Below the pieces are notes generated by a model. The model did not search any database, was not told where the DNA came from, and saw only the letters and a list, made by a program, of their open reading frames with translations. Both the position numbers and the translations under genes were made by a program. A stretch of 43,474 bases of DNA from a virus: IMG/VR virus record IMGVR_UViG_3300013022_000002, positions 1 to 43,474 of that record; one strand, written 5' to 3'. Positions 6,343 to 16,120 of the stretch are shown one piece after another. Numbering within the stretch: the stretch's first letter is position 1; every line of letters begins with the position of its first letter.

Positions 6343-9300
6343 CAGAACTCTCCAGTTAAACGGCCCACTTGAACCAGCGAACCATCGGCAGACAATACTG
6401 ATATTCCGGTGTTGGTCTGTTTATACTTTCCTTCACCAGATACAGAGCCGTAGTTTTCAATAACGCCGGTTTTAAAGTTAATGCTCAGACCCACCTGATT
6501 CTGCACGTAATTATCAGACTGGAGCACATCAGTGATATTCCCCCTGCCAATCCATGCCTGACCAATGAATGCCTGGCTGATAAGCACCTGTCCGTCTTTA
6601 ATAACGAAGGGTGAATACACGTTATTTCCGCTGCCATTAATAACGACGAACTGGTTAGCATTAACCGCAAAACGCGTGTTGACCTGAGAGCCGTTGATAG
6701 TCACGGCAACAGACATACCCGCGTCATAGTTCACACCGCCATAGCTGATACCGGCTTTCAATGTGTATATGGCGGAACCGCCACTTGCATCAGCATAAGC
6801 CGTCATTTTCTGCTGAATGGCGGCGGAGTTATCCGCGACAGCCTGATTAGTGGCTTTAAATCCGGCTGTAACGGTTGTGTTCAATTCAGCAACTGAGCTC
6901 TGGGCGTCTGCTGCAACTTTTCTGGCCTCAATGATTCCGGCGCGGTTCTCTCCAAAGTTGGCCCACTGCTGCTGCACATCGTCATAATTGGCGAGAATGC
7001 TTTCGGCCAGTGCGCTCGGGTCAGTAATCAGCGGCGTAAGAAGCGCCTTGCCGTCTTCAGACTGGAGGTATTCTTCAACCACGCTACCTATCAGGTCATC
7101 GGCATTGACGTTGGACATACCCGCTTTAAAGTCTGTCCAGTCACCGGTATTACCGATTTTGTCCACCAGCCGCGCGCGGTACCAGCGACGAACGCCAGCA
7201 GGCATCGGCCCGTGCTGATAGCTCACCCCCGGATAGGGCACATAAGCAAGGAACTGCGGATTCTGTCCATCAGCGGTTGTGGCAACCTGAATCTCGGTGT
7301 AAGCCGTGTCACCAGAGCCGTCAGGAAAACCCCATGTGATATCAATAGCCCATACCACATTGTCTGTGGCCATCAGGTTAACCGGCGTTCCCGGCTTGCC
7401 TGCCTTGCCTGTGATTGTCGTGCTGTCGGAAAATCCCCAGGGTGAAGAGACCTCAGCGGCATTCACCGCCCTGACACGCACGTCATAAACACCGCTGTAA
7501 ACGCCCCGGATGCTGAAGCTCTGTGCGCTAGTCTGGCTGACGTTAACCCAGTCGCCCTTGTCCTTGCGCCACTGAGCCACATAGCTGATTGCACCTTCAA
7601 CCCTGTCCCATGTGGCCTGCATGGAGGCAACAGACAGACCCTGCTCAACGTAGCTGACCTCTGCCAGTTTGATACTGGACGGAGCCTTAAGAACATTTAT
7701 GGGGGTGACGGTGATGGGCGCAGGCTCAATACGCACGCCATCATCAATGTAGCGGTACTTGTTCGGGTCATGCTGGACGCCCGCGACGGTAAAGGTACCG
7801 TCGTCATTGCCGGAGATTGAAGTGACGCGAAAATACTGGATAGCCAGATTGTCACTGTCTATCGCCCAGACTGCACCGGCAACAGGCTGCGTTCTGAACG
7901 CGGTAGCAACCGTTACTGTTTTTTTATCGTCACTGACGGCGGATATAGTGCGTGTCTGTGCCGTTCCGTCTGGCAGATTCACCACAAGCCTGTCGCCAGC
8001 GGCGTAGTCAATGGCGCGGTCCAGGCCAAAACTGCGTCCGTTAACCGAACTCAGCCGCCCGCCGTTTTGCCTGCCACTTCGGAACGGGTCAGCAACGCCG
8101 ATGATTTCAGCCGGAACCGGAATATAACCGTCAAGGCCTACACCAAATGACACTGTGCCGTCTTTGGAATTCGACAGAATAGCCCAGCGGCCACGGCGGT
8201 GCGCTTCACTCTGTGACGTACAGCCAATCGCCGTCAGGCTCATTTCCCGGACGTCATAGCGTTGCACCAGCTCTGAATCGTACACGCCCTCAACCGTATC
8301 GGAATAATGGTTTACCGGGTCTGACCAGCTCACCTGACAGGATGAATAGCGGTTTTTGTAACTACCCCCGGCGTAGCTGAACATGCCGTCGATGACGTTT
8401 GCAGCGTGATAAACAAAGCCCACATCCACGTTGCCGCTGGAGTCCACCTGCGGCACGTCAGCGTTGATGAATATCTGGTTGTTGCCCCAGAAAGTGATAC
8501 CACGGAAGATAGCGGCAATGTCCTTCAGAACGGTGTAGGCGTCCTGCTGGCTCTGGATGAATACGTTGCAGGTAAAGCGCGGTTCTGTGCCGCCCGCGCC
8601 ATTGGTCACCGGCTCATCGCAGTACTGCGCAATGCTGTAAAGCTCCCACTTATCAATCATGGACGCATCAACGCGGTTTCCCATGCCGTAAATTTTATCC
8701 AGCACCAGATCGTAGAAAATCCACGCAGGATTGTTGGTATAGGCGTATTTGAAATCGCCGGACCAGCTATCGCTGTAAGTGCGGCTTACCGGGTCATACG
8801 TGGTCGGAACGCGCACCAGCTTGCCTTTAGGCTTGCAGGTGATTTTCGGAGCCTGGCCGTTAAACTGCTGCGCATTGACTTCAATATAAAGCAGGGCAGT
8901 ATTGGGGTAGCGCAGTTTGCTGTCGATGACCTCTGCGAATGAAAAGACTTTGAAGGCGTTAATGAGCTTTGAGGAATTCGAATCTGCGGTGATCCGGCGC
9001 ACGCGCACTGACCAGCCGCTTGTTGCACACGGAAGGGTGATGCGGTGATCGCGCTGATATTCGGACGTAGTTTTGCCGCTGAAGCGACCGTCCACAACCT
9101 GCACCCATGAGCCGCCATCGGTTGACAGGTCGATTGCATACTGCGTCACCGTGCCCACCATATCGGCGTTGTCTTTGTACTGATACTGCACGGGCAGGCT
9201 GAGTTTGATGCGCACGGCATCCAGCGACAGGTTAGTATACTGACGTGTCCAGGGTACAGACTGCGTGACGGTCACACCAACCGAAAGCTCGTTATCCACT

Positions 9301-9584
9301 TCAGGCATGCCCGGAATATAGGTCTGGTCCTGCGTGCCCTTCCTCCAGTCCCATACTACGCCAGTGAAATTATAGGTGCCGTCATCATTGGCAAGCTTCG
9401 TGTCGTTCAGGTAAATCTGCTGCGCCGTTAAGTCTCCCTGAATTTCGCCTTCAGAGATCGCTACCAGCAGTTTTAATTTGGCGACGGAAAGCAGGTCGTC
9501 TGGCTGCTCAACGGGCGTGTGCGCCTCACCGCCGCCACCGCCCTTGTTACCCTGGTAAATAATTTCGCCGTCAAGAAGCCGCAT
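6342..9584 (-). CDS. J: Host-specificity / central tail fibre protein, lambda J-like (1080 aa)
   Basis: The N-terminal KGGGGGEAHTPVEQPDDLLSVAKLKLLVAISEGEI parallels the lambda J N-terminus. Size and position after I are also consistent, and there are FN3-like repeats in the middle. Confidence 0.9.
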   Translation of the reverse strand: MRLLDGEIIYQGNKGGGGGEAHTPVEQPDDLLSVAKLKLLVAISEGEIQGDLTAQQIYLNDTKLANDDGTYNFTGVVWDWRKGTQDQTYIPGMPEVDNELSVGVTVTQSVPWTRQYTNLSLDAVRIKLSLPVQYQYKDNADMVGTVTQYAIDLSTDGGSWVQVVDGRFSGKTTSEYQRDHRITLPCATSGWSVRVRRITADSNSSKLINAFKVFSFAEVIDSKLRYPNTALLYIEVNAQQFNGQAPKITCKPKGKLVRVPTTYDPVSRTYSDSWSGDFKYAYTNNPAWIFYDLVLDKIYGMGNRVDASMIDKWELYSIAQYCDEPVTNGAGGTEPRFTCNVFIQSQQDAYTVLKDIAAIFRGITFWGNNQIFINADVPQVDSSGNVDVGFVYHAANVIDGMFSYAGGSYKNRYSSCQVSWSDPVNHYSDTVEGVYDSELVQRYDVREMSLTAIGCTSQSEAHRRGRWAILSNSKDGTVSFGVGLDGYIPVPAEIIGVADPFRSGRQNGGRLSSVNGRSFGLDRAIDYAAGDRLVVNLPDGTAQTRTISAVSDDKKTVTVATAFRTQPVAGAVWAIDSDNLAIQYFRVTSISGNDDGTFTVAGVQHDPNKYRYIDDGVRIEPAPITVTPINVLKAPSSIKLAEVSYVEQGLSVASMQATWDRVEGAISYVAQWRKDKGDWVNVSQTSAQSFSIRGVYSGVYDVRVRAVNAAEVSSPWGFSDSTTITGKAGKPGTPVNLMATDNVVWAIDITWGFPDGSGDTAYTEIQVATTADGQNPQFLAYVPYPGVSYQHGPMPAGVRRWYRARLVDKIGNTGDWTDFKAGMSNVNADDLIGSVVEEYLQSEDGKALLTPLITDPSALAESILANYDDVQQQWANFGENRAGIIEARKVAADAQSSVAELNTTVTAGFKATNQAVADNSAAIQQKMTAYADASGGSAIYTLKAGISYGGVNYDAGMSVAVTINGSQVNTRFAVNANQFVVINGSGNNVYSPFVIKDGQVLISQAFIGQAWIGRGNITDVLQSDNYVQNQVGLSINFKTGVIENYGSVSGEGKYKQTNTGISVLSADGSLVQVGRLTGEF

Positions 9585-9600
9585 ATTTCACCCATAAAAA

Positions 9601-9620
9601 AGGCCACCCGTAGGTGGCCT
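9601..9620 (-). terminator. Terminator-like hairpin plus U-run between I and J
   Basis: The minus strand reads AGGCCACC-tacg-GGTGGCCT, then TTTTTATGGGTGAAATATG (the J start). Confidence 0.5.
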
Positions 9621-9635
9621 GTCTGATTCTGAATT

Positions 9636-10259
9636 TTACTGCTGGTCGCTGGTAAAACTACCCGCGCTGATGATCGCACCGCCAATTTCCCGCTGGCCGT
9701 AAAGCACCGGCACCGGATACCCCATTGCAACGGTGTTGACCGGTGCGCCAAAGGCATAGTTGGGTTTGTTGTCCGTGCTTGATGAAGCCCCAACGTTAAA
9801 TTTAGGCTGTGGGGTCAGCATCTGAACCACACCGCCCAGCAACATACTGATTCCCAGGCTGGTCAGTGCTGTAGTGGCCAACCCTGCTGCTGTCGCGGTG
9901 CCAAGTGCCGCACCATAGGCTGCAAGAGATGCACCCGCTGTAAAAAATGCGGCCACAATAGCAACAGCACCAATAATAATTTGCAGAGTGCCGCCGCGCT
10001 TGGAGCCTTCAATAACCGGTTCCATTTCAAACTCAGCAGACGCTGAGCACATATCAAACTCCTGTAGCGAGATATTGTCTCTGCCACTGAAGAACGCGAA
10101 ACGAACCCCGTTAAGATGCGCGTTAGATACGTACTTTTTGAAGCCCGGCACCTGTGAACACATAGCGCGGATAAGCTCGCGCAGGTCTGCAACGTGGAAA
10201 CGGTGAACCGGCCCAAACTTTTTTGCCATGATCCCTTTTAAACGCATCGTTTTAAGCAT
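9636..10259 (-). CDS. I: Tail assembly protein, lambda I-like (about 207 aa; start uncertain)
   Basis: GGTLQIIIGAVAIVAAFFTAGASLAAYGAALG and NTVAMGYPVPVLYGQREIGG are collinear with lambda gpI. The ATG at 10259 overlaps the K stop (ATGCTTAA). Alternative ATGs at 10247 and 10229. The track N-terminal extension to 10388 is rejected. Confidence 0.8.
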   Translation of the reverse strand: MLKTMRLKGIMAKKFGPVHRFHVADLRELIRAMCSQVPGFKKYVSNAHLNGVRFAFFSGRDNISLQEFDMCSASAEFEMEPVIEGSKRGGTLQIIIGAVAIVAAFFTAGASLAAYGAALGTATAAGLATTALTSLGISMLLGGVVQMLTPQPKFNVGASSSTDNKPNYAFGAPVNTVAMGYPVPVLYGQREIGGAIISAGSFTSDQQ

Positions 10260-10971
10260 CAGCAAGCTCCTTTCGGCGCACGACACGCACGGTACGGTTA
10301 CGCCAGTAATCGCCATAGGGAACGCGCGTGGATAAATTGCCCGAGTTATGGTGAAGAATGAGGTTGTTACCCAGATAAATTGCCGCATGGTTGGTGACAG
10401 GCGACTGAATGCGCATCATGATCATGTCGCCTTCGCGCATGTCCTGAAGTGACACTTCGGTAAAGCCCTCAGCCTGCCAGTTATCGTCATAACGGTTTTC
10501 TTTGCCATCTACCCACCATTCATAATCCACCGACCAGTTATTCAGCGTGATGCCGTGTTCCTGACGGTAGTAATCCATGATGAGCGTCCAGCAGTCAGCA
10601 AAGCCCAGCACCCACTGACGCCCGACCAGCTCACGCTCACCACGGGGGCTTATGGTGCAGAAGTCGCCGTCCGGCCAGGACATGATCCCCCACTCCACGC
10701 CGGAATAGTCGCACTGCACCCGGTCACGCTCAGACGGGATAAGCTGAGGCACATCAGGGTGAGAGTGAATAACCATCAGAACTGAACCCTGCTGCTCAGC
10801 CTGGCGTTTTTCCTCTGGCGAAATTGCAAAATGCTCGGTTGGTTTCTCTGAAATGTTTTTGCAGGGAATATATATCTGCGCCCTGCCTGACTGAACCACC
10901 AGCCCGCAAGCTTCTTTTGGGTATTCTGCGGCTACGTGTTCGCGTATTGCCTCCATCAGCTTTTCGCGCAT
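10252..10971 (-). CDS. K: Tail assembly protein, lambda K-like (MPN/JAB + NlpC/P60 domains)
   Basis: HSHP JAMM-like motif, EACGLVV, then ADCWTL...NHAAIYLG (NlpC/P60 Cys/His). Position between L and I. Confidence 0.85.
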   Translation of the reverse strand: MREKLMEAIREHVAAEYPKEACGLVVQSGRAQIYIPCKNISEKPTEHFAISPEEKRQAEQQGSVLMVIHSHPDVPQLIPSERDRVQCDYSGVEWGIMSWPDGDFCTISPRGERELVGRQWVLGFADCWTLIMDYYRQEHGITLNNWSVDYEWWVDGKENRYDDNWQAEGFTEVSLQDMREGDMIMMRIQSPVTNHAAIYLGNNLILHHNSGNLSTRVPYGDYWRNRTVRVVRRKELADA

Positions 10972-10973
10972 AG

Positions 10974-11711
10974 CTATTTCCCCTGAAGGTTGGCAGCGGG
11001 GAAGCCGCCGAATGGCAGCGGTTCACTGTCACCAAAACGCGCCTTACAGTCAGCCAGCCGCCCGCCACAAACGTCCTTTGACGGGTCTGATGTTACGGAG
11101 CCGTCTTTGGCGAAATAACGGTTACCGGCATAATCACAGCCGGTCCCTGTCCGGTACCAGCCTCGCATACACCAGGTACAGACGGGCGTGATCTGACGGG
11201 AAGGCAGTTGCAGGCTCTGAATATCGAAGGGCGAACACAGCTCGAAATCAACCTGATTACGGTTTTCGGCGGTCTTGGCATTGACGTAGAAAACCTGAAG
11301 CCGCTCTTCCTGTGGGTTAGCGTTAGGGTTACCCGCCGTCCAGTTGGCCGCATCCAGATACTTCACCATCGTGGTGTGTATTTTGACTTTAGCCTTAACC
11401 ATGTCATCGAACTGAAGGCAAAGCGCGGTGACGTAATTACCCACGTTTCCAACCGAAAGTTTTGGTGTTGGCTGCGTCCCTGAACTGGTCATTTCAACCC
11501 CGGTCAGCTCATAGGGGTGAGGATCGTACTCGTTGCCCTGCCAGATGATGGAAGGCAGGTTTTCAGCCGCAAAAGATTTCCAGCCCTCGGCTGAGATGTT
11601 GTAGGCATGGAAGCGGAGAACGGTATCAAGCCCAAAACTGGTGCCGTCAATTTCAATCAACTGCACCAGACTGCCAGGCTCAAGTGTCTGTACATCCTGA
11701 TTAAAACTCAT
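10974..11711 (-). CDS. L: Minor tail protein, lambda L-like
   Basis: 245 aa with a C-terminal Cys cluster (CTWCMRGWYRTGTGCDY...CGGRLADCKARF) as in gpL. Position M-L-K. Confidence 0.85.
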   Translation of the reverse strand: MSFNQDVQTLEPGSLVQLIEIDGTSFGLDTVLRFHAYNISAEGWKSFAAENLPSIIWQGNEYDPHPYELTGVEMTSSGTQPTPKLSVGNVGNYVTALCLQFDDMVKAKVKIHTTMVKYLDAANWTAGNPNANPQEERLQVFYVNAKTAENRNQVDFELCSPFDIQSLQLPSRQITPVCTWCMRGWYRTGTGCDYAGNRYFAKDGSVTSDPSKDVCGGRLADCKARFGDSEPLPFGGFPAANLQGK

Positions 11712-11729
11712 TTTTCACCCATAAAAAAA

Positions 11730-11745
11730 GGACGCCGGAGCGTCC
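11730..11745 (-). terminator. Terminator-like hairpin plus U-run between M and L
   Basis: The minus strand reads (A)GGACGC-tccg-GCGTCC(T), then TTTTTTATGGGTGAAAAATG (the L start). Confidence 0.5.
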
Positions 11746-11762
11746 TGTAATATCGTGAACTG

Positions 11763-12104
11763 TCACGGCGCAAAAGCCTGCTCAAAGGTAAAAGTGATCT
11801 CCACAAAATCACCGTTGATGAACTTAGGGTTGATTGAATCAGACTTAACCCTGAACAGCTTTTTCTCACCCCAGGGATTGGTCCACCAAAAAGAACGGGT
11901 AACATGCGCCTTGAGAAACAGTCTTAACTCTGCCATTGCGGCTTTTTTACCGTTGCACGTAAGCGGCCAGCTCTCCGTTTCATCATTAATGCCACGCCCG
12001 GACACCTGCCTGTAACCGTCGCCAAACTGCGCGGCATTGGTTGCCACATTAATCTGCTCACTGGCCTGTATCCTGACTTCCCACGTAAAAGTGTCTGTCG
12101 CCAT
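11763..12104 (-). CDS. M: Minor tail protein, lambda M-like
   Basis: 113 aa, directly after the tape measure gene. DTFTWEV...AQFGDGY pattern as in gpM. Confidence 0.8.
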   Translation of the reverse strand: MATDTFTWEVRIQASEQINVATNAAQFGDGYRQVSGRGINDETESWPLTCNGKKAAMAELRLFLKAHVTRSFWWTNPWGEKKLFRVKSDSINPKFINGDFVEITFTFEQAFAP

Positions 12105-12106
12105 CG

Positions 12107-15100
12107 TTACTGCCGCCCGTTATAAAGCACCCCTCCAGGGGTCATTTGTGATTTGGCCCAGTCGTTTACTTCTTTGCGGATTATGCCCTGTAGCTGTTTT
12201 GCGGCTGATGCAGTTTTTTCAGTGCCTGCATCACCAGTTTCAGACGATCCGCTAATATGAACAACCGTATCGCCAAGATTGATTACCGCACTGCCGCCCC
12301 CGGAACGCCCCGCGCCCGAGGCTACAGGCCGCTCAGTGGGTGCAGTAACCAGACCGCCATCAGCATAGCCGCGCATCATGTCGTAAAGGTTTGAAACGCC
12401 AATACGCTCCGTTGCCTCTTTGGTGAAAACAAATTCACCTTTATGAACCACACCTGCCGGATCGTTCTTGCCACCAACGCCGGTAAAGCCGCCACTGTCA
12501 TATCCCTGATAACTGGTACTCATGCCCATCGCACCGGTACTGCCCGCTGAAGCCGCCACACCGGACCCGACTGCGCCTAAAGCGGAACCGCCGATACTCA
12601 TAAAAGATGACAGTACTGTTTTGGTGAGCAGCGCCTGTGCGGTCATTTCAACCAGGCTTTTGATTACGCTCTGCGCCAGCGAGGCAAACAGGTTTGATAT
12701 GCTCTCCTTAAAAGACTGCGTGCCGGTGAGTAACCCGGTCAGAGAGTTAGTAACCCTCTCCGTCGCCGCTTCCGCCAGGCTCACTATCCCTTTATTCAGC
12801 GCGCTCTGTCCGGCATACAGATTAAAAGCAGCCTGATATTGCGCATCTGCTGAATCCCGAGAGGATTTCTGCATCAGCGCTTCATAGGTTTCCTTGCTGA
12901 GTTTGCCGTTGGCATAGTAGGCATCGTACAGGCTCTGCTGCTGAACAAGCTGATTCTGGATCTGCGCGACCGGGTCAACTTCACCCGCTATGTTCAGCTT
13001 CGGCGCTGCCGTGCGGCTGGCCTGTGCCTGGATGAGCTTTTGAGCGGATTCGTTTGCAAGCGTAATACGTGCCGACTGATATTCCTGCTCTGTTATCAGT
13101 CGGGCGGCATAAAGCTGCTTAAGGTCCCGGCTTGCCTCTGACTCCTGACGCAAAACCGCTTTAGCCGGAGAATACTGCTCAGCCAGTTCCTGACGCTGCC
13201 GCTGATAGTTAGCCGCGTTGAGCGTCATCACGCGCTGAACTTCAGCCTGACTCACACCAGAGGCTTTAGCCTCCTTCAGGATTTTTTCCTGAGATACCTT
13301 TTCCTGAAGGTTGATTTTTTCCAGGCTGGAAGCATGTGCCTGCTCTATCTCATTGCGCAGCGACTGAAACTGCTTAAGCGCCTGCGCGGCCTTTTTGTCA
13401 GCCTTGGCCGGGTCCTCACCGCTCCAAGGTGACTGAACTTTGCCCGCATCAGCCGCCGCCGCTGTCGCCGCCTGAATATCGCTCTGTAGGGCTTTCGCCC
13501 GGTCTGCAACGCCTGTTTTCACCAGGAAGCGGGCGTTGGTTGCGTTAGTGATGTTGTCTCTGGCTGTTGATGCCGCTGAATCAAGGTCTTCAAGCTGCCC
13601 CTTGAGCTGGCGCTTTTCTTTTTCAAGCGTGTCAGCAGAGGGGAAAAGAAACCCAAGCGATGAGCCTTCCCGGCTTTTAGCCAGGCTGATCCGCGTATCA
13701 CTGTAACGTGACAGCTCATCTTTCACTTTTTCACGCTGCGTGTTGATGTTGTTCAACTGCTCGGTGTAATCATCTAATTTTACCGACAATTTCACATCTG
13801 ACAGCTGCATCAACGCTGCTGTGGTCTCAACTACCGCGCCTTTCAGGTCCAGGGCTGACTGACGCGCCTGTTTAGCCTGTTCATGGAAATAAAGCACAGC
13901 AGAACCTGCCAGCATGGCAGCACCTACGGGACCGCCAATAAGCGAGAGTGCGCCACGCGCCAGCCCTGAAGCAACCGATGCCGCCCGCGCACTGAGAGAA
14001 AGCTGTGAATTAGCAGCGGCCAGCCGCTCGGTGGCTGCTGCTTCGGCAATTCTTGACTCTCTGATTGTACGGCTGAGGGCAACCTGTTCTTTCTGATAAC
14101 CGACATTGATGCCCGCTGCCACGTTTGCTGCAGATCGGGTACCAAGATAACGAGCCTCTTCCTGAGCCTGTGAACGCGTGGCCTGTGCCGCCGCGATGGT
14201 CTGCTTGGCGATTTCGGCCTGCTGTAACGCGTTTCTCCTGACGGCCAGTTCGTTAGCGGTCCACGATGTGACACTTTCCCTGAGTCCGGCTGTCAGTTTG
14301 GTTGAGATAACCGGAATCAGCGTATAGAGCGCGACCGAGGCAACAGTATTGAAATTATCAGCCAGGGCGTTAACAGATTCCGTAATGCTCTGAACACCGG
14401 AGCGCAGCGGACCATTACCAGACTGACCGACCTTGATAATCAAACCTTCAAAGGCACTCGTCAGCCCCATCAGATCGCCATTCAGGTTATTAACCCTGAC
14501 AGCGGCCTGCTCATGAGCGGTCTGAGTGCCCGTTAGCGATTTGGTAAGCTCGTCAAGCTTGCTGCGGTTGCTGGTAAGAATGGAGGCAGCGTTGATGTTC
14601 TCTACGCCAAACAGCTTAACGGCCTGCGCCGTAGAGAGGTTTTTGCCTGCCAGATTCTCCAGCGCTTTGCTCAGCCCGACAACAGAGGGCTTGAGCGTCT
14701 TATCTGTACCTTTTTCAAGGTTCAGGATGATATTACGCAGCGCGGTACCCGCTTCACCGCCTTTAATTTCACGCGATGCCAGCACCTGAATAGCGGCATT
14801 GAGCGTTTCAAATCCGATACCGGCTTGCGCTGCGGCCACACCACCATTTTTAATCGCGGCGGCGGTATCATTGATTTCAGATGCACCGAATTTGGCACCC
14901 GCAGCCAGCACGTTAATATAACGATCTGCCTGCTCAGCACCCGCGCCGAACTGGTTAAGTGACAGCGCCAGCGTGCGGGTTGCATCAGGCAGCGTACTGC
15001 CGCCAGCCTGAGCTAACAAGAGTGCGCTGTTTGTCGCCTTTTGCAGTCCGTCAGCCGTTTCAAGCAGTTCCGGCTTAGCCGAAGCCATCAGCTTCAGCGC

Positions 15101-15478
15101 TTCAACCGCCTGGCTGGCACTGTACTCTGTGGTGCGCCCCATCTGCTGCGCGGCCTGATCGAGCGCGCGGAGCTTGTCACCCGTTGCACCGGTGATAGAT
15201 GACAGGTCAGACAGTGCCTGCGAATACTGGCGCGAAGTCTGGATGATCGCACCCAGCGAAAAACCGACGCCAGCCAGCCCGGCGATGCGACCAGCAAGGC
15301 CGCTTACCGTGGAGGTTACGCGCTTGTATGCCTCTTCAGTCTTTCTGGCATCATCCTGCGCCTGTCGGTTGAACTGGCGCGACTGTTTGTTGGCATCATC
15401 ATACGCGCCGATAAGCTGCGTTTTGAAGTTAGCCGCATTGAGGTGAAGCCCTACGGCAAGCGAAGCGACATCAGCCAT
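12107..15478 (-). CDS. H: Tail tape measure protein (1123 aa)
   Basis: Very long, Ala/Gln/Leu-rich and helical, with a Gly-rich C-terminal part. Position after G/T. Its ATG overlaps the T-frame stop (TAATG). Confidence 0.9.
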   Translation of the reverse strand: MADVASLAVGLHLNAANFKTQLIGAYDDANKQSRQFNRQAQDDARKTEEAYKRVTSTVSGLAGRIAGLAGVGFSLGAIIQTSRQYSQALSDLSSITGATGDKLRALDQAAQQMGRTTEYSASQAVEALKLMASAKPELLETADGLQKATNSALLLAQAGGSTLPDATRTLALSLNQFGAGAEQADRYINVLAAGAKFGASEINDTAAAIKNGGVAAAQAGIGFETLNAAIQVLASREIKGGEAGTALRNIILNLEKGTDKTLKPSVVGLSKALENLAGKNLSTAQAVKLFGVENINAASILTSNRSKLDELTKSLTGTQTAHEQAAVRVNNLNGDLMGLTSAFEGLIIKVGQSGNGPLRSGVQSITESVNALADNFNTVASVALYTLIPVISTKLTAGLRESVTSWTANELAVRRNALQQAEIAKQTIAAAQATRSQAQEEARYLGTRSAANVAAGINVGYQKEQVALSRTIRESRIAEAAATERLAAANSQLSLSARAASVASGLARGALSLIGGPVGAAMLAGSAVLYFHEQAKQARQSALDLKGAVVETTAALMQLSDVKLSVKLDDYTEQLNNINTQREKVKDELSRYSDTRISLAKSREGSSLGFLFPSADTLEKEKRQLKGQLEDLDSAASTARDNITNATNARFLVKTGVADRAKALQSDIQAATAAAADAGKVQSPWSGEDPAKADKKAAQALKQFQSLRNEIEQAHASSLEKINLQEKVSQEKILKEAKASGVSQAEVQRVMTLNAANYQRQRQELAEQYSPAKAVLRQESEASRDLKQLYAARLITEQEYQSARITLANESAQKLIQAQASRTAAPKLNIAGEVDPVAQIQNQLVQQQSLYDAYYANGKLSKETYEALMQKSSRDSADAQYQAAFNLYAGQSALNKGIVSLAEAATERVTNSLTGLLTGTQSFKESISNLFASLAQSVIKSLVEMTAQALLTKTVLSSFMSIGGSALGAVGSGVAASAGSTGAMGMSTSYQGYDSGGFTGVGGKNDPAGVVHKGEFVFTKEATERIGVSNLYDMMRGYADGGLVTAPTERPVASGAGRSGGGSAVINLGDTVVHISGSSETGDAGTEKTASAAKQLQGIIRKEVNDWAKSQMTPGGVLYNGRQ

Positions 15479-16094
15479 TACATTAACGCCCTCATGACAG
15501 CATCACACTGCTGACTGACGTCAGGTGCAGTTGCGTTACCTGCCGGGTGATGCGGGGTTGCGACAGAAGAAGTGTTTTCAGGGCCAGGCTGTTTCAGAAT
15601 TCCCTGTTGAAGGAAGTACGCCCGCCAGTGGTTCAGCACGTCACAGGGCAGCGCCGCTATGACGGAGGGGTCAGGTTCGCCCCACCTGTCAGCCAGCCAG
15701 AAAATAAGCTGGAGCCACGGCGAGCCCGTCAGTTTTTTTCCGCTTCTTCCAGCTTGCCGATAGCGTGCGTTTTAACGCGCTCAATCGCTTCCATCAGGGT
15801 TGGATTGTCATGCGACTCAATCAGCTCAGCCGCCGTTGGCAGCAGCTCTGCGGGAATGGCTGAACCGTCAGCATTGACCAGACTGTCGATGACAAGCTGA
15901 ACGCTCATTTCTGAGATAGAGCGGACGTTGCCGCTTTCCTGCGCCTTATCAAGTGCCTCTTCATAGCTGATAAGCTCGCCAGCGGTGCGGCGTCGGATAT
16001 AAACAGGAGTACCGAACATTTCAGTTTTTACGGCGGTGTTTTTTGGCTGCAACAAAAGCGATTTGAGCTTTGAAATATCGAAATTATCTGACAT
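15478..16094 (-). CDS. T: Tail assembly chaperone G-T fusion made by a programmed -1 frameshift
   Basis: Slippery heptamer A AAA AAC at 15738-15732. Hand translation of the -1 frame stays open for about 84 codons (KLTGSPWLQLIFWLADRWGEPDP...DVLNHWRAYFLQQG...MRALM*) and stops at 15480-15478, overlapping the tape measure ATG. Confidence 0.8.
15729..16094 (-). CDS. G: Tail assembly chaperone G
   Basis: 121-aa acidic protein between the tail tube and tape measure genes. Ends in the slippery run GAA AAA AAC TGA. Confidence 0.85.
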   Translation of the reverse strand: MSDNFDISKLKSLLLQPKNTAVKTEMFGTPVYIRRRTAGELISYEEALDKAQESGNVRSISEMSVQLVIDSLVNADGSAIPAELLPTAAELIESHDNPTLMEAIERVKTHAIGKLEEAEKN

Positions 16095-16120
16095 CAGATT
16101 CTACCTGCTGAGGGATTAAA

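Noticed and set aside
8406-8942. 178-aa plus-strand ORF, with many other 60-130-aa ORFs on either strand inside J, the tape measure, terminase, portal and GT genes (for example 2555-2959, 6988-7445, 12522-12836, 22103-22384 and 25005-25352)
   Set aside because: All lie inside long, well-supported minus-strand genes, either antisense or in an alternative frame. They show Arg/Ser/Ala/Leu-rich compositions typical of out-of-frame GC-rich coding DNA and no SD. They are treated as frame artefacts.
10260-10388. N-terminal extension of the I-like ORF (track start 10388)
   Set aside because: It would overlap the K gene by 137 nt. Homology to lambda I begins downstream, and the ATG at 10259 forms a typical ATGCTTAA coupling overlap with the K stop.
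15547-15900. 117-aa plus-strand ORF in the gap between G and the tape measure
   Set aside because: The gap is explained on the minus strand by the -1 frameshift T frame, which I verified as open by hand. The plus-strand ORF is antisense to G and T.
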